A stretch of DNA of 64,000 nucleotides. Origin: Octopus sinensis. Lineage: Eukaryota. The notes beneath the pieces were generated by a model that saw nothing but the letters and a program-made list of their open reading frames with translations, made no database searches and was not told the origin of the DNA. This document shows positions 1 to 14,265 of the stretch, in pieces; position 1 is the stretch's first letter, and each line of letters starts with the position of its first letter. The stretch spans positions 28,582,001 through 28,646,000 of the forward strand of contig NC_043008.1 in the NCBI RefSeq assembly GCF_006345805.1, in the 5' to 3' direction. The position numbers and the translations under genes are program-made.

Positions 1-3000
1 AATTGATTACATCTGCGATGACTATGTGATCAATTGGGATTAATTGCGCCAAGCCTCGGCCGGACGAATACTGTTTCTGGTATCTCTAGACGTACAAAAT
101 ATTAGTTTGTCCATCGTGTAGATGAGGATAGACGCAATCACCCAGCAAAAGTTTCTAGTGGCAACGCGACTATCGGTTTTTTGCTGCCTTGCGACCAAGA
201 CAGACAGGTTTGATGGCCCGCTTTTAGAAAGTATTGTTTCTGGTCTCATCCTATATAGAGACCGTATGTGACGCGCTATTTCTTTTGGTGATATGTTTTG
301 TTCCCCATGACGGTCTCACTCAGATCTCTATTTTGTGGTGTGCCACCTGTGCTGTATTTTTGCGTTTTCTTGCGTTGATGCATTATTCCATATCGCTGCA
401 TTATTTATTCAGCATAACAGTTCGTAGTGACATCTTATTATGTAGACTTGTGTCGATAGAAACATGTAATCCCCTATCTGGCGACCTGTGTTAGCGAATA
501 TACCAATGCTAGATTTACAAATTCGAACGACTTAGTTTATTGACTCTGCTTTAAGTTAGTAGTCGCAGCGGCGGATGTATACGCATTAGTGCTGAAAGGT
601 CAATTAAGTGTTTTGCTTTTCTCGAGTACGTTCTCAATTTTGAGCTTCGAGGTGGATAAAGGTAAAATTAAATTTAAATTCTTGAGATCAGAGAGAAATT
701 AAATACGCTGCAAGTAGATTCAAGTAACCAATTACCTTGTTCTGTATAAGAATTCGTCCAAATATATGTATAAAGCAAGAAAATTTCATGATAGCCGTGG
801 TACTTTGATAAAACCAATGTCGCATATTTAAGAAGCTATTAACTTTATCGTCTCCGAAATAACGAAATTTATAATTGACGCAAAGTTGATTTGAATTTAT
901 AACTAAAACTGCCCAAAAAAAATAACACCAAGCATTTTTCCCCGACGCTCTATTGATTATGCCACAGAAACATAACCTGCCTGATTTTGAAAAAAACACT
1001 CAATATGATATTATGAATTAATAGTTTCTGGAATTAGATTAAATATTTTGGGATGTCAGCGAGTTTCTGTCGTAACTAGTGAGCAATTGTCGAATCATTT
1101 CCTAATTATAAACAAACGCAAATGTAACAAGAGCACTGAGAGACCGCAAATCTTGGCCAAGTCAACACCAACGTCCTCTCAACTATTAACCGGAGATGAT
1201 TTTTACGAAGAGAATATTTGAAATGAACTAGACTGCTTTCACAAACGTAATCACTAAAAATGAACACCGCTGTTTCAACCGGTTATGATGGAATGTGAAG
1301 GTGGGTGTGCGGACTGTGTTTGTAATGCTTTGTGTGTGTCGTCTGCAGTAGGAACAGTGACAGTTCCCCTATGAAGGCCATTTCCAGTCTATCCACTGAT
1401 ATAGTGTCTTTACGACAATTGAAGTTTATTGTGAAACATTTATCCGTGCATGAAAGAAAGAGGAAAGCAGCGGCATGCAGTGCTGTTGAGAGAAGTTTAG
1501 CAACATCGTTGCGCTCAAAAACGTGAGTCTAAGAAGTAAAGCTTCCTTCATGGCAGAGCTAGAAATGCAATTGTCAAGCAGACGAGCGACATTTTCAAAA
1601 TTGGTGAAACAAAAAATTTCCGAGGATAAATTAAATTTATTATTGTTACTGAATAGGTTAGCGTTATTTAATTTCTGAACGGTTTTGCTACCGTTTACTT
1701 ATGTAGTTTGATTCCTTTATCCATCATGTTCTACTAAGATAGAGACGCAATTAGAATTAATAATAGAGGGACAGTTGGAAACAGCAACGCCATCATAATT
1801 TACATGGAAACCATGAATCAGAGAAAGACTTGAATGTCAACGTAAGATCGAAATACTTCATGTAAAGTAAGGTAAACGTGCCAAATAATCCGGAATCCTT
1901 ATCCGGCACAGAATCGATCATAAAATCTATTCAGTTCGTGCCCATCACGAGGCCAAACATTCCTGGATGTTTCTTTCGAATCTGTCCAGCGGTTCTTGAG
2001 ATATCTTGTTCACTGACAAAGAAAGAAACAAACACGACGAAAAACAATACCTCTGCCTTCGCTAAGGTGCAGTTAATGATACTGTTATTATGCTTTTTTG
2101 CTTTATTTCTGCACATGCATCTTTGTTTTTGAATGAACCTTATGCCTCCATATTTAAGCAACAACTACATAGAGATTAAAAGAAAATCAAATCAAATCAC
2201 TCTATTGTTTCACATAACATGTTCGTAATGATATCAGATTTCTGTTAGTGTTTGTTCATTACAATATTAGAATCGCTACAAACATAATAAAAGTTAATAT
2301 ATGATATTTCCAAAAGAGTTGTATTAAATTCGATTTTTTCAATTATTTAAATGAATTTGTACTCTTCTAAATCACAAAATAAGAAGATTATTTTAACAAT
2401 TAAATACACTACAAATAGGATGTTACAAAAATGATCTCTCTCTAAAGCAAGGCACTTTTCCTATTTTTGAACAGAAATGTGCACGATAGCACACTTTTTA
2501 AAGTGTAAAATCAGTTGGTGCGTTGGAAAATCATAAAGAGACAGCTGTAATTTTTCTAAAAATAAAACACAATAGAAGAAGAGTAAATAGGTACATTTGT
2601 AAATTAGAGTGAGTTATAAGTATGATATTTTGCAAATTCTCAACAAAAAAATTAATAGATTCACTTTCTGTTGAAAACTAGGCAATAATATCGACTTGAT
2701 TCTAATAATGTATGTAGGAATGTGCTGTTCCTCTGTTTGGATTTGTATGAAACAGAAGTTGTTCACTATATATATACTTGCGCGCGTGTGTATGAGTGTG
2801 TGTATGTCTTATGTAAGATTGTTTGCGTGTGTTTATATCCATGATATACATATATACTCACACATAAACGGATGTGTTTACAATTCACAGTTTGTTTATG
2901 ATATATATTTGATTATTATCAACAAATATATAAAATTATAATAAGTGTATACAGAATTAACTTTTTATTTAGTGTATTTAAGATTTTGATTTCTTTTGTA

Positions 3001-4189
3001 TTGTAAACATTTCATTATAATATATTTTACTTTCGCTTTGCCTCTGGAATTAGCTGCATTCGGTTTTAAATTGTTTTACGTATTGTATGAACCGGAAACA
3101 ATTTCCAAAATATTTCAAATATTTTGAAATATTAAAACTTCTATTCGTCTTTTCTAATAACTAAATATAAGCATTTGTATTTGTAATTAAATAGAAAAGT
3201 ATTTGTTCCAATTTCAAAATACATTTCCATACTTCGTATTTAATATTTATGATAGAAAACATATTGGTGATACTTTTTTTATGTATATGGTTGTGGTACA
3301 AGAAAACTCGAGAATAAATGCCCATATTTAAACTTTTCCTGTACGTCTACTGTTGAAGACATCCGTATTATAAGTATGGTGAATTCCTACTGGTCTAAAC
3401 ATTGTATTATCCATTGGAAGACTGGAATTCTGGATTTAGTTTCATAAAAATATATAAAAAGTGATAAAGTATATTCATTTTCGTGAATATTGCGCAACGT
3501 TTCTTTCACGACAAATGTTATGAGAACCAGTCTTGAAGGAGAATAGAGAATTATTAATATAAATGGTGATTTCAATTGGTATAAAATTTCTATAACTGTT
3601 AACTTATAGCAATCTAGCGCTCGATTGATCCTACAATTCACAAATATAATAAAATCTGTCTGTAGCACGGAAACCTGATTTGATGCAGTAATTTTGTTGG
3701 TCCAGCTATATAATGATTCTCCTAGGATATTAGTGATATATATCTGATTTAGTGATTGCATAAACTACTATATTAATGATACACCACTGGTGATTTAATA
3801 ATTCTTCAACCTTCGATATTACCGATGTTATTGTAACTCCTTCACTTACGGGTGTGTTGTGTATTATTTGTAGCGATGATATTTGCCTAATATGTTGTTG
3901 ACGCTCACTTCACCTACAAATTCATCAATTGATAAATTAACAAGAAGCGTGTAAAGAGTTGATAAATTTCAGTACATTATACGAATCTGCCGCTTATCAA
4001 TAGTGAATATCTATGAAGTGGGGAAATACGTTTCATGCAATTATAAACTCCACTACCCCGGTACGAGAAATAAACTGGCTCTAACCTGTTAAAATCGATT
4101 CGGTGAGACAGAATGAAGACGTAGAAAAAGATTGTTCAAGGACTCCATTCAGTTTATAACAGCATATTCTTCCGATATATAAAACACCG

Positions 4190-5600
4190 CAAAACCAGGG
4201 CCAAGCGTCAAACCATATTGCCAAGGCCATCTACGAAGTTCACTCAGAGGAAGCATTTGTACAATTTCTTAAAACAAGACGCTGTAGTCTCGACATACCG
4301 ACTGCATATGTAAAAAGATATGGCGTCAAAAGGATTGAAGTGTGGCTTTGATCGCAAATGCAGTGCTTGCTGTTCACGGTTCATATTAATCCAGAAGATT
4401 CTCAGGCCTTTGCTGATTTTCTATATTAGCATTATCACATTTGTGGATATGGAGGCCCAAATCAATAAGTACATTAGGAAGTAGCTTGTTCCACTAGTTC
4501 TTACTGATGGTGAACTGTACTGTCGCCAGGTCAAGCTCCAGCTATCTGTCAAGTCCCTCGTTGATGATTGCGAGGTCGAAAAAGCGACTTGACCCAAACT
4601 TAATGTAGGCAGGAAATCGAAAGTGAGAGAACTGGTGGATACAGCAAACGAAAGCTTTGCTATAAGAGAAACAATGGGACACGCTCAGGCTAATAGGGAG
4701 GGATTAGGCAAAACAAAGGCACAATGATGGTCAGAGACATGGAGAAAGGTTAGGAGATCTTTTGATGCAATACGAAGTGAAAAAGGAAGGGGATGCAATA
4801 GGATTCCGGAAAGCAGTACTGCAGAGTCAACAGATATACTGGACAACGAGAGAAAGTGTACTCCAGAAATGTTTCAGATGAAACAACTTGCGGTATTTGT
4901 CACCTCTTAGAATAGGTTATATCCCCCAGAGCTGTGTATGATCTCCTGCCTTTGAATACGAACCTCTTGAAATGACGCAAATCAGATAATCCTGAGTGCT
5001 CACTCTGCTAGCGTAGAATGACAATGAATTCCTGAAGAGTATCATAACCATAAGGAAGATACGGGTGGAGGTACAATCAAGTGCTTGAGAAGAACGTTCA
5101 CGTGATATATGCTGCAAATGTAATATCAGAATATTGAATGACATTCTACATGGCAGCAGGCAGAAAATCATGGCCAGGAACAACTATGCTATACAGAGCA
5201 CAAGAACCGTGTCTTCTGGGTGGTGCAGCTGACTGAGAATGCTCGTTAGAGCTCTCTCGAGCTGCAAAACCACCACCAGAAATAATCAGGAAGAGTAGCT
5301 TGAGGCCGGATAACGTACTGCATTCCAATTCATCAACGCGACTGATTTTAATTGCACCTACTGTACGATTGGAAAGTAAAAGAGTAGCACACCTGTTCAA
5401 GACAAACATACACCCGTCTGACCAACTTCCGATTCAAGGCTGTCGCCGCGGAAGTTGGTACCAGAAGTTTTATGGGCAAATCTGCTTACGATCTAATGAA
5501 ACAAGTTTTGGTATGTGAACAGAACCTCTGAAGGCAATGTCAGAAACAGCGTAGAGTTGGTTCCAGCTATATCTGAACTAGTCAGACTAATAATGACATC
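4190..5600 (+). mobile_element. Degenerate Hero-type non-LTR retrotransposon (RT C-terminus, Zn-knuckle region, restriction-like endonuclease)
   Basis: Manual translation across stops and frameshifts: MEAQINKYIRK*LVPLVLTDGELYCRQVKLQL, GRKSKVRELVDTANESF..GHAQANREGLGK, RAVYDLLPLNTNL..SDNPECSLC, LRPDNVLHS..LIAPTVRLES, EVGTRSFMGKSAYDL. These match Hero/RLE-clade motifs in order and spacing. Confidence 0.85.
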
Positions 5601-7126
5601 CGTAGCGGTTGAAGACAATATTTATGTTTGAATTCTAAAGAAAATAACTCTGAGTGAATCATTGTAATAGCGCTATCATGATATTCAACGTTATTTTTAT
5701 AAGTTTGAAAGCTGAGTCAATGGAGAGGAGTTAAAGAATATAATAAATCCAGGGAATTTAAATCCACAAATCTCGCATATCCATGTTGCTAAAAATGTCA
5801 GCACAAAGGCATCCATGACTCATAGCCTGGATGCGACTCGGCCATCTTAGAGTGTAAGAAGTTAAGGACTGTAAGAGTTGTCTGAGCGGGGGTTTCTTCT
5901 TTGAAGACCTTCTCAACTCCAGCTCTCTGTAGAGCTTATTACCAATGTTACAAAACCTATGATAATTTAACAATATACTAAAATAATTAAATGAAAATAC
6001 TTTACTTACGAGTCGACATTATTATTTTAATAAACGGTGTATACGATTTTCTTGTAGCCAGGTTCATAATAGAAAACAAACCAAAATATCGCTATATAGT
6101 AGTGCAATATGATATGAGATTCTCTAGAAAGCTGTTATATTACACATATTTAATGGCTATATATGGAAAATAATGTATGCTTTAGAGGAGATATTCTTCA
6201 GTTAAAGTGGTAGATGGAAGATGTGTGAGCGCAGAACGAAGTATTCGGAGATTTTGAGTGACATGTTCCTACACATGTGGCATAGTTTCATTGCATTGCC
6301 TGATACATTACATTATTGCTTATACATTGTATTTTCATCCATTTAGAAATGCTGCAAATATGCTAAGTTATTTGTGTCAATGCTTTCTATATAGGTGTAA
6401 AATACAAGCAAAGAAAATTACTCAAAAATTGTGTATTATTACTGATTTTATCATAATGCACTATGACGTCCCATAACTCTTTCCATTGTAGAAAACAAAA
6501 AGCAAGTTGTGGTTTAAATAAAACGTCTTCGAAGATTCTCGTAGGCTGGTAATCATGTTGATTGTTCGCTGTTTTATCAGAGAAGCACAAATTCAATAAA
6601 TTGGTTTCAGTCTATGCTAACTGTATTATTTGGATATCAGGAATTAGTAATTCTAGTATAGACAAAATATAAGGCGAACACTGATGGCTTGCTGAGGTTT
6701 TCAGTAGATTAGTTAATATTTAGAGGTTCTGCTTTAGAACACTGCGACAATCTATAAACAATTACATCGTTTTACAAAGGTAAACACTGAAAATTTTCAA
6801 GTCTACCAATATTCTTTATCTCTCTTTCTATTTCAATCACACTCAGACATTTTAGTTGATTCCGCGAAGAAAGGTATTGTTATTAAAAACCTTAAGTATG
6901 GCGTGGTTTTGTAGTCATTCTGTGTCAGAGTCAGAATTTTAAGAGGAAAGGTAAGTGAACATTATATGCATCTATAAGACAGTATAAAATTCGTTTGTGC
7001 TAATGAAAAAAAATTTCTATTCAGCTTCCCCACTTCGCCTCTTATCATAATTCTTCATTATTATCATTGCCATCGGTTTCATGATCATCTTTATCTTCTT
7101 ATCAAGAAGATATCATATCATGATTT

Positions 7127-7328
7127 TTAGTAATATATCATCATCATCGTCATGTCATCATCATCATCATCATCACCACCACCACCACTACTACCATCAT
7201 CATCAACATCATCATCAGTAGTAGTAGCATTATTATTATTATTATTAGTAGTAGTAGTAGTAGTTGTAGTAGCTGTAGTAGTAGTAGTAGTAGTAGTAGT
7301 AGAAGAAGTAGAAGAAGAAGAAGAAGAG

Positions 7329-7396
<68 letters not shown>

Positions 7397-7400
7397 ATTT
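7127..7400. repeat. Compound trinucleotide microsatellite (ATC/ACC/TAG/ATT/GAA)
   Basis: Directly visible; explains the poly-T/S/D/V ORFs in the track. Confidence 0.95.
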
Positions 7401-8574
7401 TCTATTGGTATTCGAATTACTATAGATAGTAACTTTAACCTACCACTGAGCTCAGCATGACAACCTTGCATTGCAAAAGATAGTTTGCAACAACAACAAG
7501 ACAACATTACAATAGATAAGAACTATGTTTCCGCCTATTTGTCATTTTGTTTTACTTATAACAATGAAAGGAAATCAACGTGTAGAGAAAAATACTGCGA
7601 ACATCAATGCCTTCAAATATTTCCGAATGAAAAGAAATTTAGAAAAAAATAACAATAGTGTATTTTGTTTGCCAGCGCCGCAAGTAATTAAATATGTTAC
7701 ACAATTTCTACCTTGCAGAGGTTTAATTTGCTTCTCAGAATCCCGGGAAGTGTAAAACATCATCTCAGTCAGATATCTTCATCTCATAGTAAGAACGAAG
7801 TAAGTTTAGCTATTTCTGTAAATTGGCCTTGAGATTATACAGAATTACAAAAGTGAATTCGTGTAAATATTTTAACACGTGTGGTAAAAACAGTCATCAT
7901 TAATGTAGATTAGATCGTACCATCTGGAAATAAGTAATTGTATGTTTCTGATCAACATTACCAATAACTTATTTTTAATTTAAAATTGATTAACATTGAC
8001 TGAAAAGTAAATAGAGATGCAATCGCAGCATCTTAATTTGAAATTGTGAATACAAGTTCAGTTGGTGCTACACCTCCTTGGTAGATGTTCGTAAGTATGA
8101 CAGCAGTTATTCTATACGTACATGAGCCTAATAAAACGGAGTAAAAATTGTTATTCTACTAGGAAACTCAGTTACATGAAATATTCGTGCCAAAAGTTTC
8201 CTTCTCTTTCTGATCTACCATATGCAAATTATTTACTTCGATATTCGTCTAAAAGATTGACAAATACATTAAGGGAATATACAAAAAAAATACTTCACGA
8301 AGACGACCCATTCGACAACTTAGTTTATATGATGTTTTTTCTCGGTGAAGTTTTAACGATTTAGTGTAAATAATATGAGTCATGTTATTTTTAATTAGAA
8401 AGAAACATGATCAGAGTCATGAAGTCATTCCATTAGTGACAAACTTGTATCATAGGTACATTAAAATATTAAACTAGTCAGGAAAATGCCCTTTTTGAAA
8501 TTCACGGATAACAAGAATTAAAATAAATTAATGCATCATGCACACACAAACACGCGCACACATACACACACACA

Positions 8575-10015
8575 CAGAATTGGAAACGATTCCTAGACGA
8601 TTGTTTCATTCTCTGGAATGAAAACATAGATAAACTCCTAAAATTTAAAAACCTATTGAACAGCATAAACCCAAATATACAGTTCACAATGGAATACAAC
8701 CAAAAGGAGCTCCCGTTCTTGGATATACTAATTAAAAAAATTAACCTTAAAATAGAAACAGACATTTTTTACAAAGCCACAGACGCCAAACAATACCTTC
8801 ATTTTAATTCATGCCACCCAAGACACACTAAAACAAACATCCCCTTCAACCTTGCAAGAAGGATATGCACAATAGTGTCAGAACAAAATACCAGGAACTT
8901 TAGACTGCAAGAACTCAAAAACACCCTAATTGATAGACATTACCCTGCTCAACTCATAGAGGATGGGATCAGACGTGCAACAGAAATCAACATAGAAACT
9001 TTAAGAAAAGTTCAACACAACAACACACCTTCCCCGAAAATACTACCTTACATATCTACATACAACCCCAGAAACAAAGAAGCCTTCACCATCATCACCC
9101 AGAATTTACCAATACTTCATAAAAACCCAAAATTAAAGGAAATTCTAAACATACACCAAATCATTAAAAGCTACAAACAGCCTAAATCACTTAAAAGATT
9201 CTCACAAAGGCAAAATTGTCTTCTAAAATTACGGATGCAAAAGTAAAAAAAATGTGGTAGATCGAACTGTGCAACATGTCCTAACCTATTGGAAGGATCA
9301 GAATTCTTCTTTAAAGAGGGACAGAAATTCAAGATCAAATCTAACTTTACTTGTGCCTCTGAAAACATAATTTATGTTATTAAATGCTCGGGCTGCCACC
9401 AAGACTACGTGGGTTCAACGGGACTATCACTCAGGCGTAGATGCACACTGCATCGACAACAGATTGCATTCCCAGAATATAGAATGATACCTTTTAGTGA
9501 GCACATTGAGAAATGCGCAAAGCAAATACTGCCACAATTTTTAATCTTCCCATTTTACCAATGTGCTTTCGGATCATCAACACAAATGAGACTGAACAAG
9601 GAAACATTCTTCATTGAAAAGTACAAACCCAGACTCAACCATCCGAACATACTGACACAGAGAAATTAACAAGGAAAAGGGACAAAAAAATTAAAGCGAT
9701 TATCTCCCTTACACCGGAAGAAATCACTCACTACCTCCCCTTATTTAGAAATCTCCTGTTAATAAACACAACGATAACTCCATGCAATATAAACATAACG
9801 TCACAAGAAATTTGAAAAGCTACACGCGAAACCGGTAATTTCTTTAAAAATTTTTTAAATTATGTCATTTTAAGGAAAGGAAAAAAATTTTTCCAATATT
9901 CTCCAGACATTTTGACACAAATATATATATTTTTTAACATTTAAGCCTTCTGTCGTTTTTTCACACTTCACTATTTTCTTATATATTCACCCACGTGCTT
10001 TACCAAACAAACTTT

Positions 10016-10065
<50 letters not shown>

Positions 10066-10370
10066 TATATGTATATATGTGTGTGTGTGTGAGTGTGTGT
10101 ATGTGTATGTAGATGTAGATGAAACGGAGACAACTGAAGAAGGGGAATATTCTTTATGTTGCATGTCTCGTTTCAATGTTTGTTTTTCGTTGTTCGGAAA
10201 GATAGTTCGTTTCTATGTTTTTGTATTTATGTTTTGGTCTCTCATTCGGTTGAACGTTTTTTTTTTTAAGTCCTGTACCCATATATGTATGTATATATGC
10301 ATATATATGTAGGTGTTTACATATATGTATGTATATATGCTAGCATAAAATTATTAATTTTGCCTTTCAG
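8575..10370 (+). mobile_element. 5'-truncated Penelope-like element (Neptune-like): RT-thumb-Zn linker-GIY-YIG plus 3' pLTR region
   Basis: WKRFLDDCF (RT catalytic motif), LPFLDILI, YLHFNSCHP, CGRSNCATC linker, NIIYVIKCSGC..YVGSTG..RRRCTLH. One frameshift near 9192 joins ORFs 8656-9246 and 9289-9669. The 5' end abuts a (CA)n tract. Confidence 0.92.
9805..9844 (+). ncRNA. Minimal type I hammerhead ribozyme, U3-A8 core variant
   Basis: aagaaat TTGAAAA gc-tacac-gc GAAA ccgg TA atttctt: 7-bp stem I, 2-bp stem II, palindromic ACCGGU stem III, GUA cleavage triplet. Lies about 135 nt after the PLE stop codon. Confidence 0.75.
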
Positions 10371-10390
10371 CTAGACTGTTAATTTTTTTG

Positions 10391-10423
<33 letters not shown>

Positions 10424-11354
10424 GCATATATGTATGTATAAACACACACACATGCACGCACGCACACACACAAGCACACACACATACATACACACACACA
10501 CATGTTGATTCTCTCACAACCTGTTTAATATTTATATCTCTGCTCATGTACATGTGTGGTGTGCGTGTGCGCACGTTTGTGTTTTTAGTGCGTGGTGTGT
10601 GCATGTTTGCATGATGTGCGGTGTATGTTTGTGTGCATGTGTGCGTGTGTACGTGTGCGTTTCTGTGTGTAGCATAAAGTAATAAGGATTTTACATTCCA
10701 GGCAAATACCTTATGAGCACTCTACTGAAAGCCAGGATTAGTGAACCTTGTTCAGCAGTACGATATTATCTGGATCGTGTTGAATAAACTATTACAACGT
10801 TACATCTGACGAGTGACAAATCCCAAGTCGGTTCTGGAGAGTTTTGTGAGAAATTTCAGAATATATGTAACAAAAAACATCTTTAATCAGTTCTTGTTTT
10901 TCTTTTTTTGTTATTCATCTCCTTGGAACATTAAATCAGACTTCCTAATTTTCCCTTTTTATCATTTTTTCTCAAAACACCTCAAAACAGCAACGATTAA
11001 ATGTAGATGCAACTTCCATTAATAAACATCAATCAATCCGCATACATCCCATACGCTATTCAAATCGTAGTACTCATATCTACATTAATTGCATCCCTTT
11101 CAGGACTGCTTGCTTCCCTTGCATACAAGCCTTTTGCTCTGGTACTATTAGGCCCAAAACAGTTTCAAAATCGGTGTTGGTTGAAAGTTAGTGTCAAGCT
11201 ATGGTGAAACCAGTATGACATCTGTTCATCGATTATATATTGTACTTAGCATAATTGGACAGTAATGTGGACGTTCTGATCTAAATAAGCTACACCTTTT
11301 ATAAATTCTATTTTATTTATCTATTCTCCTAGAGAGAACAAGGATCACTTTAAG

Positions 11355-12627
11355 TTTTAACACCCCATAAATGATGATGGGGTTTTTTTCAGTTTCATGA
11401 AGTAAATGGAGAGAGACGGATGAACCACCGGCATCAACTTGCTGTTTTTCTACCTTGTACTTACTCTTAGTGCATGTTTTAAAGAGTGGAGTTCGGTTAT
11501 AACAATTCAAAGCTATAATGGAAGTTACAACGGAGCATATTTGGCATATTTTGTTTTATGAGTTCAAGAAAGGCAACAACGCAACAGACATTGCGAGGAA
11601 TATTAATGCAGTATATGAGGATCGGTCAAAAAGCATAAGCCAGTTTAAACGGTGGCTGTAGAAATTCCGCGCCCAGAACTACAGACTAGAAGACGAGCAT
11701 CGTCCTCGAAGATTTGTAGAGCTTGACGAGGATGTCTTGCAAATCCTGGTGCAACAGAATCCCATCATAATGTTAAAGAACTAGCAAAGAAATTTGGATT
11801 TGGTCGCGTGCCATCTGAAAGATCAGCAAATTAGGTTAATGGGTTCCTCCTAAACTTTCCGAATCTATTCACGCACAGGGAGTGAAAGTGTGATCTCCTT
11901 TTCTGTCACTTCTTATGAATGAACAGGTTTAGGACCGAACAGTGACTGGTGACGAGAACAGGGTTCTCTATAAAAAAGTCAAACGTGGAAGACAGTGGGT
12001 AGGGAAAGTATAAACAACGGCACCCAAGGCTAAATAACGTCTTCCCCTTCGTCATGTGTTGTTATTTGTTTGGTGGGATATGATAGATTTAGTCCACTTT
12101 GGTCTTTGAAATTCAAACCAAGCGAGACCAAGGGAGATCTACTGCGAGCTGTTTGAGTGGTTCTAGTCAACACTAGAAGAAAAAGTAACTTCTTTGGTAT
12201 AAAGCCGAAAGGTATTTTGTTTCCATCAAGATAATGCTCTGCCACATACAACCAGGAGAAATACAGACATACAAACATATACACATGTATACACAAACAT
12301 TCACGCACACACACATATACATATACCAATAACATCCATATTCGCCAAGCATTTCCCCATCTGATTATCATTTATTCTGCAGTCTTCAACATCATTTGGA
12401 GGGAGAAAAATATAAATTCTATAGACGAGGCCAGAACAGTACTGGAGTAATATTTTTCGTCACGGACAGGTGTATCTTAGAAGAGGTTCCCTGCACGCCT
12501 ACCAGATATATGAAAGAACATTGTAGAAAATGAAGTAGAGTATATTTTAGTTTAAAAAGGAACTTTGTTTAACTGAATGTTGAAAAATAAGAGTCTAAAC
12601 AAACACATTTATGGAATATCCCAATAT
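11355..12627 (+). mobile_element. Degenerate mariner transposon
   Basis: ATG at 11518: MEVTTEHIWHILFYEFKKGNNATDIARNINAVY; later VTGDENRVLY, WWDM, FHQDNALPH, PSDYHLF; many stops. A TIR-like end, ttatggaatatcccaata, lies near 12627. Confidence 0.88.
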
Positions 12628-14136
12628 CTTGCTACATGTTCCCTTCATCCTTCGTAATACCTAGTGAAATAATTTCGTTATATCTCATTGAGTACATACG
12701 CTCACACACATACACACACATATATGTACATGTTTATAAGAGTATGTACGTGAGAGAGAGAGAGAAAGAGTGAGAGGGAGTGAATCTGCTAGACATAAAT
12801 CACAATATACACACAGCGATTGCCCAGAACCAGTTTATATATGAGGTATAATCATAAGACCAATTTTATTGTAATTACGTATTTCATGCATATTGATCCA
12901 TTTTCGCCTTATATTCACATATCTTAAAATAATTTTCGTGAATTTTACAAAGATATATAAATATGCATTTTTGAATAGTTTCGCAGTCATCGGCAGCCAA
13001 TTTGTTCCCCTTTAGATAGGGTATAATAACTGATGTGTAGAATATTTCCGATAGATTTTCCTTTCTCTAAAAGCAAGCGATAAATTTGTAGAGCCCTACC
13101 GATGCATCGTTTTTATTGAAGAATAGCATAGTAATATGATCCCTAAATAAAGAAATCTAGGTAAAAACACGAATAAGTGATATTGCCATTATGAATGTAT
13201 GTACCAACGTGCTTCATTTAAATATTTCTTCAGACGGTAAGTGCATGCCACACGGAAGATCATATATACCATATTGCATTACGAAGCAAAAATTTCTTCT
13301 GGTAAAGAATGTTCTGAGAAAGTAATTTCCATCTGTGCAGTGTAATATTTCGCTATAACTGAGTTCTCATGTTTCATTAGATATGTAACGAAGCATACAC
13401 TTCTGTTACATATTGCAGTATTTCAATAAATATATTGCATTTAATAAAAGTATATTAAATTTATAAACTCGGCTGTGCATCTATATAACTGTTCTTCGTA
13501 ACGTGTAACATAGGAGGTAACATACGTGCTTACATCAACTTCTTCAAACATTTTAAGAAATATTTTCATTTTCATTGTAGAAACATATTCTGCTATAAGA
13601 TTAAATATCATCCTATATTAGAATATATATAATGAGCGTAAAAACAAGTACTCGCTAATAAGTAACCACAGGATACGGTACAGATATTTATTGAGGAAGA
13701 AATATAATACTTTTGAGTCCATATATGTTCAGGTAAGGGTTTTGCAATCCTTACAGTGGGATCTCAAATGATTGAAGGAAATATATTTTCGTATAAGCAG
13801 AAATATATTGGGATTTACTTGAATATCAAATGCGAGACAACACGTAGTATCTTTAAAATTCAAATAAGTATTGAAATTAGTTTTAATATTTTCGGCTCTA
13901 ATTCTATGCTCATTTTTACACCAGATCAAGGTGAAAATATCCAAAAATCACCGAAGTGTTTTGTAAGGCAACAAAAGTAAGAAGTGGGTGATCACTAGTA
14001 AAAAACTAGTTGCATACGGATATAATCAAGATATGCAAAACAAGTATCTGTGCAATATCTAATATAAATATGTTACAATTGTTTATTTGATTTCAAGATA
14101 GATAATAGGTTTGAAAGGCTTACTACAGGCATACAC

Positions 14137-14265
14137 CTACCTACCTACCTACCTACCTACCTACCTACCTACCTACCTACCTAGCTACCTACCTAGCTAC
14201 CTACCTAGCTACCTACCTACCTACCTACCTACTACCTACCTACCTACATACATACATACATACAT

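Noticed and set aside
5523-5558. Hammerhead-like ctCTGAAGG..GAAACagcGTAgag
   Set aside because: A9 is G, stem I is mismatched, and it lies within Hero coding sequence (LKAMSETA).
5758-5973. Protein-like minus-strand stretches (71-aa ORF; VEKVFKEETPAQTTLTVLNFLH in another frame)
   Set aside because: No recognisable family or consistent splice structure; needs a homology search.
8057-8096. Possible 29-nt exon (WCYT, kringle-like) with a GTAAGT donor
   Set aside because: No polypyrimidine tract, an upstream in-frame stop and no partner exons.
10121-10174. SECIS element (selenoprotein PLE idea)
   Set aside because: No 3' GA of the non-Watson-Crick quartet and no in-frame UGA in the linked ORF; the endonuclease is C-terminal, unlike Naiad-type elements.
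10801-10835. CTGACGA gtgac..gtc
   Set aside because: No GAAA, stem III or stem I partner; could be chance.
13221-13242. ttcttcAG-ACG-GTAAGT 3-nt micro-exon pattern
   Set aside because: Cannot be supported without transcripts; expected by chance.
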